Assembly (NCBI RefSeq): GCF_009914755.1
Contig: NC_060930.1
Origin: the human T2T-CHM13v2.0 reference genome, Homo sapiens
Length of the DNA stretch: 64,000 bases
Direction: 5' to 3' (one strand)
Of this stretch, positions 46,879-63,737 are shown one piece after another. The notes below the pieces were generated by a model, which ran no database searches, was not told the origin of the DNA, and saw only the letters and a list, made by a program, of their open reading frames with translations. The stretch's first letter is position 1; every line of letters starts with the position of its first letter. The translations under genes and the position numbers were made by a program.

Positions 46879-47399
46879 TCATTAGCTTTTTAATTCACTG
46901 TAGCTCAAATATCTATATCCTCTCAAGATCTGCAAGCCTAAGAGGTTATTTTTGTAAACTACATTCTCAAATTAAAGCACTTAATCCCACCCTGCCTAGA
47001 GATACACAAGGGAGAAAATTTAAAAAATATTTCCATTTGTACATGAAAAGAGTAATGGATTGTAATATTTCGTTAAAATGAGGCATACTCCAGAGTGACT
47101 ACCATTGTGCCAGCAGCTCTTGATTTAAAAAGCTTGATTTAAACAGAAGCTACTCCTGTTTAACCTCAGCTGTTGACCCTGTGGGAGACCCAACAATGAG
47201 AAGAAGGAACTTGGCTATTTTAGATGATCTGGAAGTTAGAAGTGCTGAGCTTATGGAACTTATATGCTGTCTTATACCTACATGGGAATTAACTTGCCCT
47301 AAAATTTCTTCCTTTCATACGGCCTATGTTTTTTCCATTACACAACCTCTTCTAAACACAAAAATATACCTCTAACAGAGTTTAAGAGTTATGTGTCAA

Positions 47400-47578
47400 A
47401 ATCAGCTGGGCATGGTAGCATGCCCCTGTAGTTCCAGCTACTCAGGAGGCTGAGATGGGAGGACTGCTTGAGCCCGGGAGGTCAAGGCTTTAGTGAGCCG
47501 TGACTGCATCACTGCACTCTAGCCTGGGTGACAAAGTGAGGCCCCGTCTCAGAAAAAAAAGAAAGAAAGAAAAAAAAA
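47400..47578 (+). mobile_element. 5'-truncated AluJ or FRAM
   Basis: Right arm plus tail; TSD agttat(g/a)tgtca. Confidence 0.87.
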
Positions 47579-48012
47579 GTTATATGTCATTCACTACTTA
47601 CAAGAAGGTAACTAAAACAGCTACACAGAAGACATTAAGAATTTTATGAGAGTGAGAAGTGGTACAATTTTTGAGACACATAGAACTTTTTAGGGGAGGA
47701 GTCTGCTGACTGTGGCAGATAAACTGAAGAAGGGAGCTGCAATGGGACTTAGGGCACTTGAGAGACTGGGGAGGGGAGCAATGGGAAGGACCTGGCTGAA
47801 GACAAGGTCGTGGGAAGGTGCCAAAGACAGATAATTTTATCTAGGCTTAGCCCAGCATCCGGTAATCACGAAGGAAATTCTTCCATTCCTTCATCTCTTT
47901 GGCTGCCAAAATTGAAAACTTAGGTTAGAATCAATAATATTTTTGTTTAGTCGTAGTTTTGGGTTAAACAGTTTCATGGACTAGCCTGAAAACCAATTAT
48001 TATTTATAATAA

Positions 48013-48390
<378 letters not shown>

Positions 48391-49379
48391 CGCCTATACT
48401 ACATTTTGAATCAGAACCAGAATTTTTGTGCTTACAGAAGAAAAGCTTACAGATAATATCATTTAATTCCTTCATTTTACAGAAGGTAACTGGGGCGTAT
48501 GAGTGTAAGATGTTGAGCTGAGGTTAGAAGTCAGTTTTCCTGACCCCTGAGTGTTGTGCTTTTCCTAGCATGCTATCAAGTTAATTGTGGATAGAATGCA
48601 TTCTTCTCAAGAAGCACTACTGTACTTCTCCCCTTTAATGACAGTTTTAAGTTATTATTATTTTTGTTTTCAGGCTCTCTGCGTTCGTTCTGTTTTCACC
48701 TCTCAAGGCCTAGTGGTGAATCTACAGCTTTCAGAAACTCATATTTAGATTTTCTTCCCTAGCTCTTTTTTTTTCATTTTAAGCTATTATTTAATGAACA
48801 AAAACCATTATTAAAACACGAAGTAGAAATTAAAATACAAGAAAGGTTCATACAGTCTTGTCACATCACATGGTAAGTTCTAGGCTTTGTCAACACGTGC
48901 ACATAACTTTTAAATAATTGTCATTTATCAACTTTGTGCTTACATATTTTCAGCTCTGGCTCATTTTTTCCCCCATAAATGAGGGCTAAATTTACTTGAG
49001 AATGAAACAACTTATTGTAGTTTTGTTTTCACAGGTAACCAGATAGGACTGAGGTATACAAAGTAAAAGAATGCAGTTGGGGAACTAGAAGCTCTTAAGA
49101 TGCCAGTCAGCTGAGGAGGCACTGTGGCTAGAGAAGAACTGACAGAACTGTGCATGAGGCAGGTGGCAGGGTCAAATGAGTTGAATAAGAAAGCTGGTAG
49201 CTAGAGGGGCAGGGTCCCCGAGGATAAGAAGTCCATGAAACAAACATTCCAATCTCAGAATGGAGCAGCTTCTAATGTACTAGTGCCTCCTCTTTTTATT
49301 TTTTTACATCATGAGAATGAAAAACAATACCCATTGGTAAACATATGCAAAGGTTACAAAGACAGTAAATTAAAGACTA

Positions 49380-49800
<421 letters not shown>

Positions 49801-50323
49801 TGTGGGATTGAGAAATGGTTACGAGCATTCAATACACTAAGATTAGCTTCAAAATAGCAGATGTTAATTTTTTAAAGTAAATTACTTGTGAAGCAAATAA
49901 AAAAAAGCTCACACACCATTTACTTTTTTAGAATTGTTTTATACTACCTTTATGTCTCATTCTCTGTGCTAAGCAGATGCATCTGAAAAAAATTCTTCAG
50001 AAGGTCTACAGTTTTACAAAAAGGAAAAACTCAATGGAACAATCTGATTGTATTGCTTGGTTTACTGTTAATGTCTTTTTTTGAGATAAATTTCTCTACA
50101 CACATACATATTTTTTGATGTTTTATATCAACAACTTAAGCCTTCTATCTTTAAAAAGTATCCATATAAGTTATTTTTACTTGATACGAATTTAAGAGGA
50201 AAAGCCTTTTCATGAGAATCCTCTTCTTTGTGTTACAATAATCATTATATTTGACTTCCTTTTCTTTTGAAAACCCAAGTCAAAATGATATGGCAGTGGC
50301 TGCACAGGCATTTAAAAATCCTT

Positions 50324-50636
50324 GGCTGGGCATGGTGGCTCATGCCTGTAATCTCAGCACTTTGGGAGGCCGAGGCAGGAGGACTGCTTGAAGCCAAGAG
50401 TTAGAGATCAACCTGAGCAACAAAGCCAGACCTCCATCTCTATATAAAAAAACAACAAAAAAAATTAGTTGGCTGTGGTAGTGTGTGCCTGCAGTCCTAG
50501 CACTCAGGAGGCTGAGGTGGGAGGATCACTTGAGCCCCAGGGTTTGGAGGCTGCAGTGAGCTATGACTGCACTACTACACTTCAGCCTGGGTGATGCAGG
50601 AAGACCTTGTCTCTAAAAAAAAAGAAGAAGAAAAAA
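50324..50636 (+). mobile_element. AluJ
   Basis: Diverged dimer with ggaggatcacttgagccc. Confidence 0.92.
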
Positions 50637-51262
50637 ATCCCTTATAGTAGTTAAAGGCAGGAAGACCTCAATTCATTTTAGATTTAGATCTGATACACTG
50701 TATAAAGTAGGACATAATAACATCTATACTAAATAATACATTTATGCTGTTTTCCCCTCTACTTAAACAGTATCTGAAAATGTATAGGTTATACAACTAC
50801 ATATGTAATGGAAAATTACATATATAGTTATATATACATATATATATATATATATTTATAGCATGTCTCAGTGTGCACAGCACGTGAGAGTCCAGGGAAG
50901 AGAAACCTAAGAGTCCCATGTGGTGGGAACCCGGCATTAGACGTGAGAGCTGAGATAGAAGGTTAGGAGAAGCTGAGGCTCATGGAGTAAGCAGGGCTCA
51001 GATCATGCATGTTGATAAAGTTCAGACTCAATAATATGGCCAATGGAAAGGCACAGAAAGGTTTTAACCAGAGGATTCCATTACAGTTCACATAACTGTT
51101 TCTGATACCTTTTAATCCATTTAACAATATTTATTAACACATCAGGCAATTCTAACGAATGAGTTTGGACTTAACTGCTGTCACCATATAAGGGCAGTAA
51201 TGATAATTTAATTCAACTGGCTCAAATGCAATGCCTATTGTACAGCTTAGCATAGTATCTAA

Positions 51263-51606
<344 letters not shown>

Positions 51607-52700
51607 CACAAGTTATAATTTTAGTATACTGATGTTAAGTCACTTACATACAAGCGGAACTTTAACTTTTCTCTTTGTTCTCCAAATTTCTCTTTCAGTC
51701 TCTTACCTGGTACTATCATAGGAGAGGAAAGCTAATTAAAATGTGCTGAGTGCTCACCATGTTCTCGATACCATGCTAGCTGTTTAGGTGTTATTCTGCT
51801 TAATCCTTATGACAACTTGGTCAGGCCATGTATCCTTATTTCCATTTTACAAAAGAGGTATTTGATGTCCAGAGAAATTTAGGAACTTCTCTAAAGTCAA
51901 GTAAACTAGTAAGTGATAGAATCAAGACTTAAACCCAGTCTCAATCTCTTTCCTTCCTTCCCTTCTTTCTTTCTCTTCCCCTAGTTCCAGGAAACTCTGT
52001 GATGGTTTGTTCCTGTTGTTCCTTATCCTGGGTGTGGTACAAAACACAACTTTAATGAGTCTCATGCAAAGATGAGATTAATGTATGCTTATTTGTCTGG
52101 AGCCCTAGGTGGCTGCTGGGAAGGATTCAGCTTAGGCAACAGAATCACTTACGAAATCCTACATCAGGCTGTGTCACTGTGTGAACCTCGGAAAGTCTGA
52201 AGCTTATCAAGTGAAGTCTGAAAAATTTTCCTGAATTTTACACACAGGGGTGTCTTGATAAAAGAATCCCTTCAGAGGCACAGGGGTCCAAAAAGCCTAT
52301 GAGAGCCCACATTACACCTTTTCTATTACAGTACCTACTGATTATTCTCTTACAGAACCAAATACACACATCAATTTTGCATGGCCCACTAGTATCTGTA
52401 AACATGTTCTGCATTCTGTGACTGTTATGGACTGAATTGTGTCACTCAAAATTCATAGGTTGAAGTCCTAGCTCCCAATGTGAATGTATTTGAAGACATG
52501 GCCTTTACGGAGGTAATTCATGTTAAATGAAATCATAGGGGTGGGGCCTGGATTAACAGGACTGGCATTTTTATAAGAGGAAGATACAGTGAGAAAGTGG
52601 CCATCTGCAAGCCAGCAGGAGAGGCAGTAGGAGAAACCGACTGTGCTAGCACCTTGATCTTGGTCTTCTAGCCTCCAGAATTGTGAGAAAATAAATTTCT

Positions 52701-53405
<705 letters not shown>

Positions 53406-53750
53406 TGAGAAAATAAATTTCTGCAAAACCACCCAGTCTGTGGTATTTTGTTAGGGCAGCCCTAGCAGGCTAGTACACTTTTAAACCTGATGGTGTCAGA
53501 TGAACCACTTACTACCACCCCAGCCTAAAACTACAAATGTGTAATGCCTCACTTGTATCCATTTCAGGTCCTCAGCAACTTACAGAACCGTTTTCCACAC
53601 TATTAAGCTGTCATCTCCGGATGTAGAAATGTCTTTGTCATAAAACTCTACAACCAGCATCCTTGGGAGGGTGATGACTGGTGAGGCTACGTTCTCTAAA
53701 GCAAAGAAATTGGAGCATGTCATCGTAATACCATTGTTGACATTCAAGTA

Positions 53751-56700
53751 CACGCAGACCTCATTTTATTGTATTTCACAGTGTGGTGTTATAATATGTA
53801 TTATGTTTCTGTTTGCAGGTCCTGGTTCATAACTCCCATATCCCTTGTTACAGTTTTTTGGTTTAATGGTGGGTATGTTAGGCCTTAGGGGCAGGCCTCA
53901 GAAAACAGAATGTCTCTGATCTCCTTCTGCTCTCCTTTTACCTGCCCCAAGGTAGGGCTCTAATCACCACCCCCTACCTTTCTGACTGTAGGTCTTATGA
54001 GCAATCAGAGGGTCCTTCCCCCCTCTACCCTGGAGGAAGGAATGCTGATGTCGCGGAGCTTCCACAAAAACCTAAGAGGACTGGGTTAGCAGAGCTTCCA
54101 AATAGCTGAACAAATGGAGGTTCCAGGAGAGTCATGCCCCAGGGAGGTCAAAGAAGTTTCCCCTCCTTCCTTCATAGATCGCTCTACGTATCTCTTCATC
54201 TGTTTCCTTTGCAACATGCCTTGTAATAAATCAGTAAATATAAGTAAGTGTTTCCCTGAGTTCCATGAGTTACTCCAGCAAATTAAGTGAACTGGAAGAG
54301 GGGGTTGTGGGAACCCCAACTTGAAGCCGGTTGGTCAAAAGTTCTGGAAGCCTGTACTTGTGAATGGTGCCTGGGGTGGGGGGCAGTCTTGGGGACTGAG
54401 CCCTCAACCTGTGGGATCCGACACTGTCTTCAAGTAGAGGGTACTAGAATTGAATTGGAGTACATCTAGCTGGTCATGGAAGTCTTCTGTGTTAATTGTG
54501 GTGTGAGAACACAGTGAAAACATGGTTGGAAAGTTTTTCCCAAACATGTAGATACTGCATTTTTTTGCCAACTGAAGGTTTGTGGCAACCCTGCATTGAG
54601 CAAGTCTATCAAGGCCATTTTTTTCCAACAGCATGTGCTTACTTGTGTCTGTGTGTCATATTCTGGTAATTCTTACAACAGTTCAAATTTTTCCTTTATT
54701 ATTATATCTGTTATGGTGATCTATGATAGGTGATCTTTGATGCTACCAATGTAATTCTTTTGGGGAAGACAATAACTTAATTGATAAATGTTGTGTATGT
54801 TTTGATTGCTTCACCAACCAACCTCCACCCTCTTACCCCCTACCACCAGGTCTCTCTCCCCTTCTCCTTGGGCTTCCTATTCCCTGAGATATAATGGTAT
54901 TGAAATTAGGCCAATTAATAACTCTATAATGGCCCCTAGGTGTTCAAATGAAAAGAGTTGCAAGTCCTTCATTTTAAATAAAAAACTAGAAATGATTAAG
55001 TTTAGTGAGGAAGGGATGTAGAAAGCTGATAGAAGCAAAAAACTGGCATTTTGTGCCAAACAGTCAAGTTATGAATACAAAGGAAAAGTTCTTGAAGGAA
55101 ATTAAAAGTGCTACTCCAGTGAACACATGAATGATAAGAAAGCAAAACAGCCTTATTGCTGATATGGAAGTTTTAGTGGTCTGGATAGAAGATCAAACAA
55201 GCCACAACATTCTCTTAAGCCAAAATCCAATTCAGAGCAAAGCCTTAACTCTCTTCAATTCTATGAAGGCTGAGAAACGTGAGGAAGCTACAGAAGAAAA
55301 GTTGGAAGCTAGCAGAGGTTGCTTCATGAAGTGTGAAGAAAGAAGCCATCTCCGTAACATAAAAGTGCAAGGTGAAGCTGCAAGTGCTAAGGTACAAGCT
55401 GCAGCAAGTTATCCAGCTCTAGGTAAGATCACTAATGAAGGTGGCTATACTAAAGAATAGATTTTCTCAATGGAGATTTAAACAGACTTATATTGGAAGA
55501 AGATGCCGTCTATGACTTTCATAGCTAGAGAGGAGAAGTCAATGACTGGCTTAAAAGCTTCAAAGAACAGGCTGACTCTCCTGCTAGGAACTAATACAGC
55601 TGGTGACTTCAAGTTGAAGCCAGTGTTCATTTGCCATTTCAAAAATCCCAGAGCCCTTAAGAATTATGTTAAATCTACTCTGTCTCTCCTCTATAAATGG
55701 AAGAACAAATCTAGATGATAGCCCATCCATCTACAGCACAGTTTAATGAATATTTTAAGCCCTACTGCTTTGTGACCTTCTGCTCAGAAAAAAAGATTCC
55801 TTTCAAAATATTACTTCTCACTGGTCTACCAAAGAGCTCTGATGGAGATGCACAAGGAGATAAATGTTGTTTTCATGCCAGCTACAACAACAACCATTCT
55901 GCAGCCCATGGATCAAGGAGTAGTTTTGACTTTCAGGTTTTGTTATTTAAGAAATGTATTTCTTAAGTCCATAGCTGACATAGACAGTGATTCCTCTGAT
56001 GAATACGAGCAAGTAAGTTGAAAACCTTCTGGAAAGGATGCACTATTCTAGATGACATTAAGAAGATTTGTGATTCATAGGAGGACATCCAATTGTCAAC
56101 ATTAACAGGGGTGTGGAAGGTTTATTCTGACCCTCATGGATGACTCTGAGGGTTTTAAGACTTCAGTGGAGGAAGTAACTGGAGATTTGGTGGAAACAGC
56201 AAGAAAACTAGAATTAGAAGTGGAGCCTGAACACGTGACTGAATTGCTGCAATCTCATGATAAAACGAATGGATAAAGAGTTCTTTCTTATGGATGAACA
56301 AAGAAAGTGGTTTCTTCAGATGGAATCTACTCCTCGTGAAGATGCTGTGACTCTTGCTGAAATAACAGAGGATTTAGAATATCACATAAATTTAGTTGAT
56401 AAAGCAGCAGCAGGGTTTGAGAGTACTGAATCCAATTCTCAAAGTTTTACTTTGGGTAAAATGCTATCAGACAGCACTACATGCTACAGAGAAATCTTTT
56501 GTGAAAGGAAGAGTCAATCGATGTGGCAAATTTCATTTTTGTATTATTTTAAGAAATTGCCACAGTCACCACAACCTTCAGCAACTATCAGTCTGGTCAG
56601 TCAGCTGCCATCAACACTGAGGCAAGACCTGCCTCCAGTAAAAAGATGACTTGCTGAAGGCTGAGATGATCATTGGTATTTTTTAGCAATCAAGTATTTT

Positions 56701-56894
56701 TTTCACTAACGTATGTACACTGATCATTTAGACATGGTGCTACTACATACTTAATAGACTACAGTAAACATAGTTTTAAACATAGTTTTCTATGTACTGA
56801 GAAACCCCCAAATTTGTGTGGCTTGTTTCACTGTGATATTCACCGTATTGCAGTGGTCTGGAACCAAACCGGCAATATCTTCAAGGTATGACTG
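53751..56894 (+). mobile_element. Near full-length Tigger1 (TcMar/pogo) with broken transposase
   Basis: TA at 53749-53750 and 56895-56896; degenerate TIRs cacgcagacct / aggtatgactg; transposase fragments [26 protein letters not shown] and [19 protein letters not shown]...KNPRALKNY. Confidence 0.92.
53782..54546 (+). mobile_element. Solo LTR (MER21-like) inserted near the Tigger1 5' end
   Basis: TG...CA ends; aataaatcagtaaatataagtaagtgtttccctgagtt and ggactgagccctcaacctgtgggatc; Tigger1 resumes at agatactgc. Confidence 0.8.
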
Positions 56895-58114
56895 TACAGA
56901 ATTGCTACGCAATGAGGAATCAGGGTGGTTTCACATGCTACCATCTGTCCACATGCCGGCAGCCGAATCTAACCATTCAGTTAGGATTATTCCCTTAACA
57001 CACTGAAGGACAAAAACAGCGTGGCTCACGGGAATCTGCTTGTATTTCAGCGTTTTTATCCAATGTGCTGTGAACTTCTCATATGAAGATCACTTACTGT
57101 CTTCTGATCATCATATTGTATGTAGTAAACTTCTTTGCTTGTGTTAATTTGGCAGTGGATTGTGAGTAAATCATAACTTCCCTATGTCCAATTAGATTTT
57201 ATTATTTCAATATTTTATAATAAATTAAAGTTCTATAAAGCAGTTAGGTGGCACAGTCCTATCCAGAGGTTTGTTCTGAAGTAACAGTCTATTTTCTCCT
57301 TGTTCAGTCAGGCATCACTATAGAAATATCTTTCTTGACCATTCTTTTGATGAGTGTCTTTTATAACATACCATTTCTTGCACCCTGTGGTTTGGCATGT
57401 AGGAGAATATCTTCAGCAATATGACTCAAATCTTGAGCTGACAGAGTAATTAAGAAATCTTTCTGTGACAGAAGTTTAAAGACACGAGCTAATATGTCCA
57501 TCTTGGTAATGACAGGACTAGAAAAAGAGATGTTTCACAAAATCCACGTGGTCAAATTTTGACCACTGTTCACATATTTGAAATAGAGTTCTTCTTTTTC
57601 TCAAAGCTTGAGGGGTTGCTTGGTCATAATCATGGTCTCAGTGTCACTGGATTGGCAAGTTTTGTTTTTTTGACACACTATTTTCACTCTTTTCCAGCAC
57701 TGCTGGAAACACCATTTCTTGATTTAGGCAGAGTCTGCCAGGCTGTTGTAAGACATTAGGGGAATTCCTTTCTGTATTATCTTTCAAGGGATTAAATATT
57801 ATTATAGTGGTCTCTGAAGAATTCTCAGTGACGCCTGGTCAATGAAACCAGTGTACTGAGGGAACACCAACCAGTAGAGTTCAGCAGCATAGCTGTTCCT
57901 TACAGTTTTATCCACAATGCAATCCAATAATTGATGTTCGTAATACCTCCAAGTCATTCGACAAGCTAAGCACTGAATAAATTCACACGCTTGAGCACTT
58001 TTTCCTTCAGCCCTACTTCAATTGGGCCCATAATCATTTGGGAACTTCTCTGTGCCAGTCTAATAAGGCAATATGGCATCTGGATCCCACCACCTTCTTT
58101 ATGCTTTCTCCTTG

Positions 58115-58227
58115 ACTAACCTGATTTCAGACTCCGGGCTTCCAGAACTGTGAATGAATAAATGTCTTAGGTTTTAAGCCACCAAGTTTGTGGTAGTTTG
58201 CTACAACAGCCCTAGGAAACTAATAGA
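58115..58227 (+). mobile_element. MLT1 LTR 3' fragment
   Basis: ccagaactgtga...ttttaagccaccaagtttgtggtagtttgctacaacagccctaggaaactaata. Confidence 0.85.
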
Positions 58228-58274
58228 CACGATTTTTACTTTGGTGAGTGCTGGATTTTCTTCTATTTCTTTAA

Positions 58275-58633
<359 letters not shown>

Positions 58634-58747
58634 TAGGTTTTGATAGAGCATATTCAGAGAAGACTTTACTCTAGGGATAAATTAACCCCACTATCAAGGT
58701 GTGACCTTCCTGATGATTCTACCTGATGCCCCAGGTATATTGAATAT

Positions 58748-59239
58748 TGAATAAAAATTACAAGCCATTGGACTAAGCTCCTGAACTAGGCCCCAACAGA
58801 CCAGACTAACAATCAAAATGAAGTCACTCGTGCTGAAGTTCTATGTCATCAAACCAAAACTAACTTGTTAATTCACCTTCCAAGAAATTGGGAGAGAAAG
58901 AGAGCCAACTTCCCAAACAGGCCAGTTTAAATTTCCAACCAGTATGGTAATGAAGCTCCCTCTGTTTTAATCTTGACCACAAAAAGTAACCTGAAGTTAA
59001 CCAGTTATTCTTCTGTTATTCTGTTTTCCTTTTCCTGATATACAAGGAAAGGAACTTTAAAAAACCAATCTGCTCTTTATTCTTTGTTTCTCCCCCCGTT
59101 CCTTCTCTGTCTATAAAACCAACTTCTTTTGCTCAGCTCACTGGAACATATATTCTATTTTATGGAATGAAATGCTGCCCCATTCTGGCAAATAAGCCAA
59201 TTAAGATCTTTAAATGTATTATAATTTTGTCTTCTGACA
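58748..59239 (+). mobile_element. ERV1 solo LTR (MER39/MER34-like) within an old L1 fragment
   Basis: ctaggccccaacagaccagac...caaaatgaagtcactcgtgct...ccaatc...tataaaacc...gccaattaagatcttt...tgaca. Confidence 0.72.
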
Positions 59240-60444
59240 GAAGGTTTATCATTCTGGCTATCAGAAATGCGAATTTTTGCCATCCTGTTGTTGTGTCTTC
59301 TACTCTCTGATGGTCCTTTTCTTACGAAGTTTTGCTCCACACATGTGCAGATCAGCACTCAGCCAAAGACTTCAGGGTACTCCTTAGGATTACTGGTACA
59401 ATTATTACCATTTAATATAGAGCCAAATATAAAGTAATATTTTAGTAATTATTTAAAAAGTGAAATAAAATACGCTTTAAGAAAGTCTCATTTCTCAATA
59501 ATGTCAAAGATAAAAAATATTTGTAGAAAACCAAATTTAACAATAAATCCTGAATTGTACAGAAGCACATTATTAAATATTAAAATGCTTCCTTTACTAA
59601 TAGTGACACTAGGACTATATTTTATTTCATAAGAGGAATAAAGAAACATATAGCCCTATTTCTAGCATCATGTGGTAGAAACATACAGTCCCTTACCATT
59701 ATATCCAGGGACAACCCTAAAGATATTTATAAAAAAGAAATCAAGGTCCTATTATTTTTAACTGATCTTATCTGGATAATAATAGATTAAGAAAACAAAG
59801 ATAAAGAAAGTAAATAATTGCACACAGTTTATTGCCTCTGTATCAGATAAATGATCTGTTCCTATCTTGCTGTATAATGCAACGATAAGTGAAACTTAAA
59901 AACTTCAAACAAGCATTTGAAAGCATTTAATTCCAGATATCTTCTGATAAAATAATGACTAAAGGTGTTGGAAAGAATACCAAACTAGAAATCAAGAGAA
60001 TGAGTTTCCAGTCCTGTGTAGGCCTCCAAGGTTTAAGTACTCAGATTATATATCTGTAAAATAAGAGGTCTAGACAAGATGATATATGGTATACCTTCCA
60101 GCTTTAAAATTTTACCGAACTAAGTACTCAATTATATCAAAAGAACAGCATTCATAGATTTTAAGGTAAATTGAAAATATTAATTTATTGGATAACATCA
60201 TAGCTTTATTGTTTGTGATCACACATTAACTGAAAAAGCTTTTGTCTGATTGCTGCAATAATATATAGGAAAAGCCTCTTAGTAATATTAGACAACAATA
60301 ACGATAAAGCATTTCCTCTGAATTCACCATTTGGAAATACTTTTCTTATTCTTTGACAAATAGGGATGACTTTCCAAGTTAGACTGAACTTGACCTTTGG
60401 GCTTCAAAAATAAAGCTACTTTACATGTGAAAGCTCATTTTTAT

Positions 60445-60794
60445 ATGATGGTGATATCATCTGAATGTTTGTGCCCCTCAAATTCATATGTTGAAACTTA
60501 ATCATCGATGTGATGATGGGGCCTTTGGGAGGTGATTAGGTCATGAAGGCAGGAATGGAATTAAAGCCCTTACAAAAGAAACCCCAGAGAGCTTCCCTGC
60601 CCTTTCCACTTGTGAAGACACAGCATGATGATGTCATCTATGAACCAGGAAATGAGCCCTCATCAGACATCAAATCTGCCAGTCCCTTGAGCTTGGACTT
60701 CCCAGTCTCCAGAAATGTGAGAAATAAACTTCAGTCATTTATAAGTCACTCGGTCTATGGTATTTTGTTACAGCAGCCCAAACAGACTAAGACA
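60445..60794 (+). mobile_element. MaLR solo LTR (MST/MLT1A-like)
   Basis: ggggcctttgggaggtgattaggtcatga...ttggacttcccagtctccagaa...cagactaagaca. Confidence 0.88.
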
Positions 60795-61064
60795 ATTGGT
60801 ATGAATTAAACCTTTTCTTACTGCGAATCACAATTCACATACTTTATTATAAGAAATAATCGGTATTACATTGAAAAAGTTTCTAAAATAACATCTTTTT
60901 ATTGGCTATTCCCTAAAAATAAATCAAGAGAATTCTGCAGACCTTTATACATTGGACTACAGATTTGTTAAGAGAAGAAAAAATCATAGTGTATTTTCAT
61001 TTTCTTTCTTGGGAGGGATAATCTGCTCACTATAAAAAGAAAATTATGAATCACTGATTTAGAT

Positions 61065-61228
61065 TAGGGTTCTCAAAACGTATTCCCCAGACCTGCAGCA
61101 GCAACATCACCTGGAAACTTGTTAGAAATGTAAATTCTTGGGCCCTATTCCAAATCAAGTGCATCATAAATTCTGGGGATGGCCCAGTAATCTGTGTTTT
61201 AGCAAGTCTTTCAGCAATTCTGATGTAC
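61065..61228. mobile_element. MER5A
   Basis: ggttctcaaa...cagcagcaacatcacctggaaacttgttagaaatg...aatctgtgtttt. Confidence 0.8.
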
Positions 61229-62104
61229 CTAACGTTTAGTTAATACTTTATTTTACTGGTCTACTTTATAAGACATATATACTTATTTCTGCACATATCA
61301 AGTAGTAACTGAATGGGTAAGAAAGATAATTTAAAATATAAAGTCGAATCTTAGAATGTTACTGGCCAAACTTAAGAAATTAACCTACTCTTGCTTTCTG
61401 AGTTATTAGCTTTACTTATCTTGCTTAGTTTCCCACATGTCACACTGAAATGCTCACTAGCTCCAGATTTGGTCAATTTAACATCTACTTTGTCATTTTT
61501 TTTCAACAATCTTATGCTCAAACTGCAACTAGGAGTATAGTATATAATTTTTAGGTTTCCTTACAATCTCTTAAAGATTAGCCAAATTTTAAAATAGAAA
61601 AATATGCAAACTTTAAAAATTGAATCTGTTCATCCAACAACAATCATCAGTTACCTATTATCAAATCTCTTACAGGCTAAGGAGAGAATAATGAATAAAA
61701 GAAATTTAAAAAAAAAAACCACTCTCAGAGAGCTTCCATTTTTTGGGATGTTACATTGTATTTGGTTTGGTATTCCTTTTCAAAAAAAAGGGTACCTCTA
61801 ACATTTGTACAAGTTACTCTTCTGTTTTTCTACTTTTATGTTGCTAATAAATAGTACCAAGGTGCATGCAGATATATAATATTAAAATAATAATTTGTGC
61901 ATGAATTATTTCAGAAAAGTATAATGAATTATTTTAAATTCTCTTAATGAACTGTAAGCTGTAAGCAAATGTAAAATTACTAGTAATAGACACAGACAAT
62001 ATTTTTAAATGAGAATAAATCCAAGTATTTGTAAATAACATCCTACTCATGATTTACAGATACAGTTTCATTAGTTATAAAACATTTTAGAAATATATAA
62101 ACAG

Positions 62105-62397
62105 GACCGGCGTGGTGGCTCACGCCTGTAATCCCAACCTAGGTGGGTGGATCACCTGAGGTCAGGAGTTTGAGACCAGCCTGGCCAACATGGTGAAACC
62201 CCATCTCTACTAAAAATAGAAAAATTAGCTGGGCGTGGTGGAGCACGCCTGTAGTCCCAGCTACTCAGGAGGCTGAGGCAGGAGAATCACTTGAACCCAG
62301 GAGGCAGAGGTTGTAGTGAGCCAAGATCGCACCACTGCACTGCACCCTGGATGACTAGAGCGAAACTCCGTCTAAAAAAAAAAAAAAAAAAAAAAAA
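62105..62397 (+). mobile_element. AluS
   Basis: Dimer with a left-arm deletion and long poly-A. Confidence 0.93.
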
Positions 62398-62414
62398 TTC
62401 CATATTTATAAATA

Positions 62415-62574
62415 CAGACATACACTACATAATAACATTTCAGTCAATGACGTACTGCATATATGACAGTGGTCCCATATGATAATGGAGCTGAAAAATT
62501 CCTATTGCCTTCTTACATTATAGCTGTCATAATGTCACAGCACAATTAATTTTTAAATAAATTTAGTGTAGCCT
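62415..62574. mobile_element. Tigger-derived fragment (MER47-like)
   Basis: gtggtccca...taatggagctgaaaaattcctattgcct...tttagtgtagcct. Confidence 0.65.
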
Positions 62575-62575
62575 G

Positions 62576-62860
<285 letters not shown>

Positions 62861-63737
62861 CAATAATCTCCTGTATCTTATGAGATATTCTGTTTCTTAA
62901 ACATCTCATTTAGATGCTTTAATTTTATTCAACCAAGGTTTTAGAACTCATTAGCTCTAAAACAATCATACAGACCTCAGTTGGGTTTTCTCTCAGCATT
63001 GATGTTCATTTACTGTTACTATTAATCATCTGATACATTATAGACATGCCTGTGTATCTGTCTAGATATATTTAGGAATATAGGTATCTACCATTTACTT
63101 AATGCTTGCTATGTGTCAGGAAGGTGTTAACCATTTTATACTATACATATATGTGTGTGCACATATACACACACACATACACATATATTCATAACTACCC
63201 CATTTAGTATTTATCATGCCTTAGTTTCCTTAACTATAAACTAAAATAACTGTTATTTTTAAGTTACACAGTTTAGCAGAATAGAGATGTAAGCAAGTCT
63301 GCTTTTCTCCCACGTCTATGCTCTTCTTAATCACTAGACTTACATTATAAGCCCTCATGGAACCATGGGAACACAAACCTGCTTGGTTCACTGCTTGTCA
63401 CTTTCCTTAAAATTATGCCAAAAAAAAAGGGTCTTAAAGACTTGGCATTTCTTTATTAATAATGAAGACACCTGAAGAAGATCAACAAAGTACTTTTCTT
63501 CATACTAATTTCTCACTCACAATTTGTTGAGGCCACCAAACAAGCAAGCTACATGGGAAATTGAAATTAGACCAAGGTGGCAGCATACATGTACCACATA
63601 CACATATATGTATATATTAACATACATACATATGTATACATTAACATTTCTGTCCATTTGGTTACTGAAGTTGGTATTTAGGGTGCAGGAAATTACTAAA
63701 ATGATAGAAGAAAGTTACTGTGGAAAGGCTGTGAAGA

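Noticed and set aside
55131-56649. Transposase ORFs as a domesticated TIGD1-like gene
   Set aside because: Broken into several frames with stops; an ordinary decayed Tigger1.
57691-57709. Palindrome tttccagca-c-tgctggaaa
   Set aside because: A single 9-bp arm pair is near chance expectation and has no supporting context.
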